Source of the DNA: Saprospiraceae bacterium
GTDB lineage: Bacteria > Bacteroidota > Bacteroidia > Chitinophagales > Saprospiraceae
Reading direction: 5' to 3'
DNA length: 64,000 bases
Assembly (NCBI GenBank): GCA_046329385.1
Contig: JAXLUT010000007.1
Span: forward strand, 20,640-84,639
Part shown: one piece after another, positions 19,375 to 28,907 of the stretch
Layout of the letters: each line of letters opens with the position of its first letter
Numbering within the stretch: position 1 is the first letter of the stretch
The notes under the pieces: generated by a model
What the model was told of the DNA's origin: nothing
Databases searched by the model: none
Seen by the model: the letters and a program-made list of their open reading frames with translations, nothing else
Program-made: the position numbers and the translations under genes

Positions 19375-20229
19375 TTAAAATATCCAAGTATAACCAAAAG
19401 TCAATGTCACTGCTACGTGAATGATCATGATGATGAGCATGATCAGAGCAAAAGGCAAGTGAGCAATGTGCCAATACCTAAATAATTTTTGCATAGTGAG
19501 CAGTCTTTGTATTTTCCGATTGAGATTCAGCTCATTGGAGATATTGAGCATGATAGATTTCATCTCTGATGATGGAATATTTTGTGTATTCAATCTACTT
19601 CGAATGATTCGCAATTGTTTCTTTTCATCAAGATATTGTGAAATGTATCCACTAAAACCCTTATAGTCTTGAGTGGATTTTGTAGATTCGATCAATCCAT
19701 GTATATCCACATTGGAGTATTGTTGTTGATCGACACTTGCATCTTTTGCTGACATTGCTTGCAATTCAACTAAGCTGAGTTCTCGGCCTTGGATGGTGCG
19801 TGGTATTTGAAGATAAATGAATCGACCTATCACGCCACTCGCCACTACTGCGACCATACTCCAAAAACTGATGGAAACGATGCCACCGAATTTGAAAGCT
19901 GTATGAAATAAGATCATGATGGGGCCCAAAGTACACAGAAAAATGTGAAATTCGAGCCAGTATTTCAACACACCAATCCTACTAAGCGAACGGAATCTTT
20001 TTCTTGCCATATAACCAAACACGCCTATCAAGATAAGCAAAGTGCCGATGATGCCTAATCCATGGCCATACATACCACTAGGTTTTAGGTTTTGATGGTC
20101 TTGATGATAAAAACGCTCCTCAAGTGAAGTAACATAATAATCTGAACCATGTAGTGCTAAATAAATAGTAACACCAACTACTATGGAAGCCAAGGTGGCA
20201 AGATAGATCTTATGGCCTGTCTCGGTCAT
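19375..20229 (-). CDS. polytopic membrane protein with two H-x13-H pairs (candidate di-heme b transmembrane electron carrier)
   Basis: Likely start MTETGHKIY at 20229, preceded by a TAnnTTTG box. About five TM helices. EFHIFLCTLGPIMILFH and HLPFALIMLIIMIIH lie within hydrophobic segments. Confidence 0.6.
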   Translation of the reverse strand: MTETGHKIYLATLASIVVGVTIYLALHGSDYYVTSLEERFYHQDHQNLKPSGMYGHGLGIIGTLLILIGVFGYMARKRFRSLSRIGVLKYWLEFHIFLCTLGPIMILFHTAFKFGGIVSISFWSMVAVVASGVIGRFIYLQIPRTIQGRELSLVELQAMSAKDASVDQQQYSNVDIHGLIESTKSTQDYKGFSGYISQYLDEKKQLRIIRSRLNTQNIPSSEMKSIMLNISNELNLNRKIQRLLTMQKLFRYWHIAHLPFALIMLIIMIIHVAVTLTFGYTWIF

Positions 20230-20251
20230 GGATGATGAGGTTATTCTTTTG

Positions 20252-20259
20252 CAAAGGTA
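20252..20259 (-). promoter_or_regulatory. -7 box TACCTTTG for the cytochrome operon
   Basis: TAnnTTTG on the minus strand, 22 nt upstream of the ATG at 20229. Confidence 0.3.
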
Positions 20260-20854
20260 TGAAAATTTGAATGTCTTTTTGAAATATTTTTTATTTAGAT
20301 GTGGTGCTTTACCAAACAATTTACAAATATTGTAGTAAATTTTGTATGCGTCCAAACATAAATGATTTAGCTTAATCCTGAGTTGCAAGGTAAATTGAGA
20401 TTTATTTATTGAGTATGAGTGATTTAAGGAGTGATAAATTACGAAGTACTAAATTTTTTCAATACCCAAGTTTTTAGATGTATTAAGAGCATTATTAGCT
20501 TTAGAATGGCATCACAAGTCCCAATTTGTATTATTGATATTCTTTACCTAACTTAATATAGACAGTATTCAGCATTTCGTGATTAAATTTATATGTTTTG
20601 AAGACTTAGATTTGTGGTTGAAACTATATAATGGTAAGTTTGTACGCTCAAATTTTTTTAAAAAGTCAAATTAGATCAATAAGTCAGTGGCAATATTGCG
20701 CTGACTTTTTTATATAATACAGTTTATAAATTAACTGATACGATGTTGACAGTGGATTTGATGTATTCATATTATATATTATTATATGTTAATGAAAGAT
20801 TGACCTAATTTAAAATTTTTCATATTATTTACATTATATGTTAAAAAACATCGT

Positions 20855-20862
20855 TACTTTTG
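20855..20862 (+). promoter_or_regulatory. -7 box TACTTTTG in the long intergenic region
   Basis: TAnnTTTG about 290 nt upstream of the LytTR regulator ATG. Preceded by the 12-bp direct repeat ATTATATGTTAA at 20781 and 20833. Confidence 0.25.
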
Positions 20863-21151
20863 CAGTTTATTAATCATGATAAAATAATAGTCTATAAAAA
20901 ATTTTTAATGCAAAATTAAATCCTTAATTTATGTGTTTTTGGTTTGATTATTCTGATGTTGAAGTTTTTACTTGATTTGTACTGATTTTGCATAATTATG
21001 TTATATTTATGACATATTATGCCATTGTAATGTAAATTGGAGTATAATATTTGAAATTGATTTAAGTTTGCATCCTCAAACAGCACCAATTTTTGATGTC
21101 TGTAATTGGTTTACTTATTTAAAAATTTTGAATTTTTTATAAAAAAGTGCA

Positions 21152-21868
21152 ATGGAATTGAATAATGTCGAAATATTATTAGTTGATGACGAAGCAATAC
21201 ATACTGAGATACTCAAGAAAAAACTACAAAATTTAGGATACATAAATGTAAGCGTTGTCAATTCATTTTTAAAGGCTGTCGATTACCTCAATGAAGTTAA
21301 CCCAGATTTAATCATCTTGGATTATTATTTGGACAAGAACCATACAGGAGTGGATTTAGTCAAAGAGTCTTTATTGAATAAAGAAATACCAATTATATTT
21401 ATTAGTTCTTTCTATGGTAACGACTTGTTTAAAGAAGTCATTGGATGTGCCCCCATTGATTTTGTACCTAAAAACGTTTCCGAGTTTGATTTAGATAAGA
21501 CCATTAGATTATCTTTGATCAAAAGGAAGGAAGCAAATATAAATAAGAAATTGAAGGATTTTATTTTTGTAAAATATAAGAGGGAGATAAGGAAATTAGC
21601 TGTTATCGATATTGAATATATGGTTGTAGATGGTAAATATTTGGTTTTGCATGCAGATCAAAAAAAATATCTGATTAGATCTACCCTCAATGACTTTTTA
21701 AAAAAATTACCTGAAAACTTTATTAAAGTACATCAAGCTTATATTATCAATCTTAGGTTTTTAGAATCAATCCAGTTGGATGAAGGCATTTTGAAAATCG
21801 GGACTGTTGATATCCCATTTAGTAGGAATTATAAAAAGGACTTGCTCAATGCATACTATATGCCATGA
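21152..21868 (+). CDS. LytTR-family response regulator
   Basis: REC domain (ILLVDDE, IILDYYL) plus C-terminal LytTR DNA-binding domain (FIKVHQAYIINL). TGA stop. Confidence 0.9.
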   Translation: MELNNVEILLVDDEAIHTEILKKKLQNLGYINVSVVNSFLKAVDYLNEVNPDLIILDYYLDKNHTGVDLVKESLLNKEIPIIFISSFYGNDLFKEVIGCAPIDFVPKNVSEFDLDKTIRLSLIKRKEANINKKLKDFIFVKYKREIRKLAVIDIEYMVVDGKYLVLHADQKKYLIRSTLNDFLKKLPENFIKVHQAYIINLRFLESIQLDEGILKIGTVDIPFSRNYKKDLLNAYYMP

Positions 21869-22387
21869 TCTTATTCAATAGAAACAAATCTATAGTTTTT
21901 TAGATAAGGCAAAAACTCCCATCTTCCTTCATTAAAATTATATATTGATATTCATTATACATTACTATGGAAGATTAATTTACAATAAATTTTCTTGGAT
22001 TATTGGTTAGATGTTAGCTTTGAATAACAGTTAGACTCAAGTAAGTTTGTAAGGATGTAGAATATTACTTACTGCTTGTATGAAACCTAAGTCATTTATC
22101 AATACATATGCCTCGTGTCAAAGCTGTGTTTTGTCCATCACTATTGAATGTTTGTGTGCTTCTGACATTCATTGCATGCAATGTTATTGAATAAATCACA
22201 AAGATTGCATGCATTAAAAAGTGGATCATAGTGCGACAACATATTATTAAATCAAGATACTTTTCATTCTTAACGGGGCATTTTGTTTTACAACGTTCTT
22301 TAATTATTTAATGTATGTATGTAAATCAAAGCATTATTAAAGGAATCTTTCGCTAATATATCCCATTTATAGGTAAAATGCACTCGT

Positions 22388-25300
22388 CTAATTTTGTTTT
22401 GATTTGAGGTCATTCACAACATTTTGTAAGCTTAAAATTATTTTATCAATAGCTTTTATAGATGTATCCGAAAATGGAATGGACGCATCAAGTTCTACTA
22501 AAAGATGACATCATCATAAATATTGTAATTCCCATCTGAAGGCAATAATTTTAGCTTTTAATTTATGGGCAATTTTTTTGACTGTATCTACATCATTATT
22601 TTTTTTGGCGCGCTCCAATTCTGGAATATTTTCGTCACAAAGAGCTATGAAAAGCTCAATGATTTTATTGACAAAGACTTCGTCTCCTCTACTTATTTTT
22701 TTAATTTGACTCAGATCGTATAGCTTATGCATACTGTTCATATCATCTATGTTGTTCCTATTCGTATAATTACTAATATTGATCTGAATTTTTCTGAAAA
22801 ATTCTTGCTCGTCATAGGTTTGATGATGTGAAGTCATTCATACCTATGCTTTAGGTATAATTTTATGTCATGCTTGAATGCATTGGCAGTTAAGGCAATG
22901 ATAGGTATGTCCAACTTGAGTTGTTCTCTGATATATATTTCGTTGCCTCAACACCATCCATTGTAGGCATTTGAATATCCATCAAGATGATGTCAAAATT
23001 ATTTTTTTGAACTTCTTCGACTGCGATTTTTCCATTTTCTGCCTCTCTTGTTTCAAACCCAAGATAGTTCAAACTCTGTATAGCAATAAATCTATTCATT
23101 TCATTGTCTTCGACCAACAAAGCTCTCATCCCTTGAAAACATTTGCTTTAATTTCTGCACTTTTGGGATGTAATTGTGTAGCTTTTGATTTTGTAAACAT
23201 AAGCTCAAAAATGCAAGTTGTCCCTTCATTTTTCTTGCTTTTTATTAACATTTTGCCACCCATCAGTTTGATCAAATCATGAGAAATGGCCATACCTAAT
23301 CCGGTACCTTCAAATTTCTTTTATTGATGTGTTTTTTTGTTTCTTGAGAAAATCTTATCGTACCTGTGATAAATTCCTTTGACATACCGATACCAGTATC
23401 TGAAACTTCAAATCTCAAGGTTTACTAAATTTACCTTGCATCAAGGTAGCCGATAACTCGATATGGCCAAATTGAGTAACTTCATAGAATTTCCAATAAG
23501 ACGATATTTACTTGACGCAAATGTATATCATCACCTATTAATACGAATGGATGTTTGCATCAATATGGATATTAAATTCAAGATTTTTTCGATAGCTGAG
23601 AAGATGATGGAGTAAATATTATTGAGTAGAGTACTTGGACTAAAATTATTTTTCAAAATCTCCATATCTCCAGATTCAATTTTTGCAATATCTAAGACAT
23701 TATTGAGGATGGTCAAAAGATGCCTTGCCGAGCTTTCTGACTGTTTGACATAAAACTGTTGGGGCTCAGTTAGTGCTTCTTTATTGAGCTGCCTTATCAT
23801 GCCTATGATGACATTCAATGGTGTCCTTATCTCATGGCTCATATTGGCCAAAAACAATTCTTTCGCTTTTGCTACTGCTTCGGCAAAGCTCTTAGCTTCA
23901 GCCAGTTCTATTTCTAATCTTTTTTGTGCTGTGATGTCCAAGTGAATGCCAATGCTGCCTATCAATTGGCCTTTGTCGTTATAGTTGGGTGCGCCACTTA
24001 CAAACCACCATCTTTTTTCTCCAGTCTTATTAATTACTTCCAATTCATAACTATCTGACATACCATCGATTCTTATTTGTGTTTTGTCATAGACAATTTT
24101 TTTGTGATGGTCTTGGACAAAAAGTTCAGCTGCTTTGCTATCTTTTAATTCAAAAAGACTGAAGCCTGACATCTCACAAAAACTTTGGTTGGCAAAAATA
24201 ATCACATCATTCAAATCTACTTCTAAAAGGCCCAAATTCATATTAGCAATAATATTTCTGTATTTTTCTTCTTGTCTAATGAGTTGATTCTCCCATTTTT
24301 GTCTATTTCGGATGTTAATCAACATCTGTCCAAATAACATTAAAAGACTTTTTTCTTTATTAGTATATATTTTGTGGTCTTTTACTGAATCGAAACCAAC
24401 GAAGCCAACAAGTTCTTTACCATCTATCATCGGGATAGCTATCAAACTTTTGATACCTTGTGCTTCCAATGCTTCTTGTACTCCATCTTCTTTCTCTACT
24501 TCACTTAATTTCGAAACATCTTCAATATGAAAAGATTCTCCTAATAGGTGTTGCTTTACCCAATATTCTGGTATTGGAACATTTTGCAAATTGTCGATTT
24601 CAGCTGATATTCCATCACCACACCACTCATAGGTATTTGAAGTTGTGTTGGCTTCAAAATCATAATCAAAAATATAAGCTCTGTCTGCACCAACAAACAT
24701 ACCCATTTTCTCAAGTGATTCGGCTATGGTCTTTTCTAATTCTTGGATGTCAAGATTGATATATGTGGTAGCTACATCGATCAATGCAGCTTGAAGCTTG
24801 ATCTCATTGTCAAGTTTCTCTTGTGCAAAATATTGTCGAGTTCGATCCACCAAAACACCATCAATCCTTATAGGTTTATTATCTTCATTATAAATATATT
24901 TTCCTTTATTTTTTAACCATTTTAGTCGCCCTGATGCAGTATTAATCTTAAAGCGAACATTGAATTCTCCCTTTTGATCCAATTTTTGAAATATTTCTCT
25001 TACTACATTCTTATCTGACTCAATAATGGGCGCAATCCAAGCTAGTTTATCTTGCAATACTTGCTCTACACTTAGTTCATAGACTGTGTTGACTGATGGT
25101 GTTATAAAAATAAATTGTTTTTCGGGCAACTTTATAGAATAAACCACGTCTGTCATCTCATTGAGGATACTTTCAAGCATTTGAGTAGTAGAGATCAATT
25201 TTTTTTCTTGAGCTTTTCTTTCACTTATATCTTTGATAAATGCACAAAAAAACTGTTTGTCTTTTTGAAAAAAATTCATCATGTAGATTTCTACTGGAAA

Positions 25301-26323
25301 TTCATGACCATCTGCATGTAATCCTGTAATTTCAACACGCTGCCCGATGATTTTTCCCACACCACTGCTAAGAAATCTTTGCATCCCAGCATTATGTTTC
25401 TCTCTATATTTCAATGGGATGATCATATCTGAAACTTTTCGTCCCAATACATCTTTTTCTCTCCAACCAAAAATTTTTTCAGATGCTGGATTCCAAGAAA
25501 CAAAGCAACCATTTTCATCAGCAATGATGATTGCATCCATAGCATTATCTTGGATCAATCTGTAAAGTTCATCTTTGTCTCTTATCATGATATCCAGATT
25601 GATTTGAGCTGTGATATCTCTATATTGCCATAAGTGCCCTTTGTATTGATTTTCTATAAAAATTGGGATGTAATCCCTTTCAAATATTTTCCCATCTATT
25701 GTAGTTAATCTTTCATTAAAAATAGGTTTTCTGTTTTTTAGTAGCAAATTTATAGCATCAACAAACAGATCTGGCTCAGAAAATAGACCTTTACTTTGTT
25801 CAGCGGCCTTGGAGCAATCTAATCCTACCATTTCATCAGCTGAAAATGGTATATTAAACAAATTACAAAATAGCTGATTGGTAAATAGAATGTGGCGATG
25901 TTCATTTTCGATCAGAACTGCAGATTGCAAATTGGCCAAAAGTGTTTTAAATAGATTATTGGTTTGTATTAAATTTTGTTCATTTGATAGATTTAATTGT
26001 ATTTGTTGGTTGATAATATCTGATAGTTTTAAAATATCTTTTTCACCATCTACAATTTGATTTTTTTCTGTATCTAATTGCTGTAATATACTGCGTAACT
26101 TTTCTATCGTGTTTTGTCGTATATCAGACTCTGCTTTAAGCTCATTATTGATGCTTTGAAATTCCATTTCGCTCATTTCAAAAGCATGATTTAATAATTC
26201 TTTATCTTTCTCAAATGAAAAATAAGCAGTGTCAATACTCTTTAAAAAATCAAAAAGTTGAGCATTATTTTGAAATTCTTTAGGTATGTATTTTTGTATT
26301 TGTCTTTTTAATAAATTGTGCAT
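22388..26323 (-). pseudogene. hybrid sensor histidine kinase (PAS/GAF-HisKA-HATPase-REC-Hpt) with heavily eroded 3' third
   Basis: ORF 23531..26323 is intact through HisKA (MSHEIRTPLN). HATPase (DTGIGM, GTGLGMAISHDLIKLMGG), REC (ORF 22890..23129) and Hpt (ORF 22514..22837, AHKLK) are recoverable only by repeated frame switching. In-frame TGA TGA lies at 22508..22513 inside the Hpt. Confidence 0.75.
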
Positions 26324-26375
26324 TGTGTGCACTGCCTCCCTATAAACTGGACTTTTTTCAAATGGCGTAAATTTG

Positions 26376-27449
26376 CTAAGGCAAATTTACAATATCTTTG
26401 TTTTGGAAACAAACAAAATCCTGAGACTTTTCCAGGTTGACTTCAGGGGAAGGGATTGATGCCACATTATCAGATAACTGCTTTTGTTGCTCATCCTTTT
26501 CTTTGAAGAAAAATATAAATTTGTTTTTGTGTTGCTTTTGATCAATCACACCAGATTCCCATAACTTTATAAACTCTTTTGGAGCATGGTCTAATAGGCA
26601 TGTTAGATACCTCATGTTATTGTACGTCGTGAAGAATCGCTCAAAGACATCATTGGCATGTTCTAAATCTCGGAGCTCATACTTATCGCATACCAGCTTT
26701 TGAACTGTGCTATGAAATGATTCTATATGCCCGTTTAACTGTGGTGTCGCTGGTGGTATGTACACATTCTTAAAGCCAAATCGCTTCATTAAAGCTCTAT
26801 ACACTTTGGATATAAATTGGCTGCCATTATCTGTTCGGAAGCTTATTTCGAGATGCTTTGGATCAATTTGCTTGGTTATTAATTCTTGATCAACAAATTT
26901 CAATATTAATTCAATCAGCTTTTTGGAAGTCATACTTAAATTAAGCGTCCAAACGTAAGCTTCTCTATGAAAGATGTCGTACATTGTGATCAAGTATGCG
27001 TTTCTCTGGAGTCCGTCGATATATACATATTTGATATCTATCTCTATGATTTGCAATGGTTTAGTGGCTCTTGGCTTGGATTTTACGATATCTTTATCAA
27101 ACTGATTGTTTTTTGTTCTATACGGTTGCGTCAAATTATTTTCTGACATTAACCGATATACTTTCTTCTTTCCTAATGCGTACCCTTGGCGCTGTAGATA
27201 GGTCGTAACCTTACGATATCCGTAGTCTAAGAACTCTTCGCCCAGTAGACCTTTGATAGTTTCCACTACTTGCCCATCAGGTACTTCTACACCCCTATGT
27301 AAGCTATGATGGGTTTTGGTTTTACCACCAACTTTGTAATTGCGCTTGTAATAATAGCTTGATTTGCTCATCTTGGCTAATCCAAGGCATTCTTCTAATT
27401 TTATACCTTGCGCAACATAATCCCTAACTATTTGCCTTTTCTCTTCCAT
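26376..27449 (-). CDS. IS3 transposase OrfB (DDE/rve integrase core)
   Basis: 357 aa; rve-type motifs (DIKYVYI, FRTDNGSQF, NGHIESFH). Confidence 0.85.
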   Translation of the reverse strand: MEEKRQIVRDYVAQGIKLEECLGLAKMSKSSYYYKRNYKVGGKTKTHHSLHRGVEVPDGQVVETIKGLLGEEFLDYGYRKVTTYLQRQGYALGKKKVYRLMSENNLTQPYRTKNNQFDKDIVKSKPRATKPLQIIEIDIKYVYIDGLQRNAYLITMYDIFHREAYVWTLNLSMTSKKLIELILKFVDQELITKQIDPKHLEISFRTDNGSQFISKVYRALMKRFGFKNVYIPPATPQLNGHIESFHSTVQKLVCDKYELRDLEHANDVFERFFTTYNNMRYLTCLLDHAPKEFIKLWESGVIDQKQHKNKFIFFFKEKDEQQKQLSDNVASIPSPEVNLEKSQDFVCFQNKDIVNLP

Positions 27450-27733
27450 TCCTCCATCTTTTTTTTAAGCAACTCTCCTTGCATTAAAATTTTCAGATCC
27501 TTTTCTACCAAAAGATCTTTTAGGCGAGCGTTTTCCTTAAGTAGTCGCTTCTTTTCAGCATCGTTGTCCTTTGAATAACTACTAAGTCCCTTAATACCCA
27601 TGGCTTGATACTTCCTATCCCAATCATAATAGGTTGTAGCGGATATCCCAAATTTACGACACCCTTCAATGACCCCTAATTTTGTGATCTCCTTGATCAT
27701 CTTTTCTTTTTCTTCTGCCGACTTGCGTTTCAT
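27428..27733 (-). CDS. IS3 transposase OrfA (HTH)
   Basis: 101 aa with an HTH (GCRKFGISATTYYDW) and leucine-zipper-like tail. Overlaps orfB in the -1 frame. Confidence 0.85.
   Translation of the reverse strand: MKRKSAEEKEKMIKEITKLGVIEGCRKFGISATTYYDWDRKYQAMGIKGLSSYSKDNDAEKKRLLKENARLKDLLVEKDLKILMQGELLKKKMEEWKRKGK
27459..27466 (-). promoter_or_regulatory. programmed -1 ribosomal frameshift slippery run (A8 on coding strand)
   Basis: Coding strand reads TTA AAA AAA AAG near the orfA end, where orfB is open in the -1 frame. Typical IS3 A-run motif. Confidence 0.6.
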
Positions 27734-28086
27734 GCTCTAAAATTACAGTTTAAATGAATAATTTTAGTCCAGTCAATTAGGGGGCCGATACAATACAATG
27801 CAAATGTATTGTTAATTTTATTATATCAAATTATTTCATTAATTTTTTTTCTTAAATTTTTTTTAATTTTAAAATTTATAGAATTTCTGCAAGCTAATTT
27901 GTAAATAGTTTAGCTAAAAACTTTTTAAGTCTTATTGTGGACGTCATTTCCACTTTACATCTTATAAAACTTACAAAATCTTAGTAACCTTTGTAAAACT
28001 AATTTCAATTAAAAAGAATTTGTCGTTGTACTCGATATATCCTTTGATAGATATAGTTACTGTACAAAGTCAAATAATATTCAATC

Positions 28087-28800
28087 TTACTTATCTTGCT
28101 TCGCGAATACTTTTTGTAGCAAGTCTGTTGTACGCTGTGAGATGTCTGTTCTGATGCCAAGTTCTTTCTTTTCAACCAATGCAAAAAGCCCAACCAATGC
28201 TTTATAGCTGACATGATCTGCAAGGTCTGGATTGACTTTGGTCACAAATGGCAGGGTATTATATTTGTTGATGGCGTCGCTCCATAAGTCCAATACACCA
28301 AATTTGTTGAGAGAGTTGACCATGACAGGTTTAAATTCGGCGTAGAGAGGTGTATACGTCTTATTATATAAATATTGAGTCGCTGCATTTTTATCTCCCA
28401 TCAAGATACCCATGACATCGTTGAATGTCATTTGTTTGATAGCTGTAAGGAAGATTGGACCGGCTTTTGTTGCAGCATCCTCTGCAGCTCTATTTATTTT
28501 TTTGATAGCTTCCTCTTCTAAGTTAGTAAATCCTGGTATAAATTTTAGTTTATCAATAACCTTGGTGGCCTCCTCTGGCAATAATATTTTGTATATCGAT
28601 GCATAATAACCATCTGTGGCGGATAAGGTTTTCACGCTTTGATCTACACCTTTGTCCAAGGCTTGCTTAAGTCCAGCAGCAATATCAGCATTGGATAGAG
28701 GAATACTGCCTGAAGTAGAATCTAATATTTTTTGTAAATCTTTGGGATCACATGATACAAGAAAAAAAGGTATCAATAAAAAGCCAAGGTACTTCATCAT
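28087..28800 (-). CDS. DUF4197-like lipoprotein
   Basis: Lipobox FFLVSC; motif AAGLKQALDKG. Confidence 0.7.
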   Translation of the reverse strand: MMKYLGFLLIPFFLVSCDPKDLQKILDSTSGSIPLSNADIAAGLKQALDKGVDQSVKTLSATDGYYASIYKILLPEEATKVIDKLKFIPGFTNLEEEAIKKINRAAEDAATKAGPIFLTAIKQMTFNDVMGILMGDKNAATQYLYNKTYTPLYAEFKPVMVNSLNKFGVLDLWSDAINKYNTLPFVTKVNPDLADHVSYKALVGLFALVEKKELGIRTDISQRTTDLLQKVFAKQDK

Positions 28801-28907
28801 TGTAATGTTATTTTTAATGAATAATCAAATTATATAGAACTGATGACGAGGCTTTGACCAAAAAGTCAACAAGTCAAAAGAATTTTAATATATATTTAAG
28901 AGTCAAA

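Larger units (their letters stand above)
26333..27790 (-). mobile_element. IS3-family insertion sequence (~1.46 kb)
   Basis: orfA/orfB arrangement with a -1 overlap. Imperfect terminal inverted repeats TGCCTCCCTATAAACTGGACT (left) versus the reverse complement of AGTCCAGTCAATTAGGGGGCC (right), about 15/21 matches. Ends uncertain by about 10 nt. Confidence 0.85.

Noticed and set aside
22191-22234. Two copies of the self-complementary ATTGCATGCA(A/T)T motif 33 nt apart
   Set aside because: Short palindromes in an AT-rich, probably decayed intergenic stretch, with no adjacent gene start or conserved partner. There is insufficient support for an operator.
22508-22513. TGA recoding (genetic code 4 or 25) suggested by in-frame TGA TGA inside the Hpt domain
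   Set aside because: TGA clearly terminates well-defined genes in this window: the LytTR regulator at 21866-21868 and the ankyrin protein at 49849-49851. Other long ORFs contain no in-frame TGA, so the double TGA is part of local decay.
28005-28223. 72-aa ORF overlapping the 3' end of the DUF4197-like gene
   Set aside because: It is an alternative frame on the same strand as the longer gene with recognisable motifs. It extends into AT-rich intergenic DNA and has no motif.
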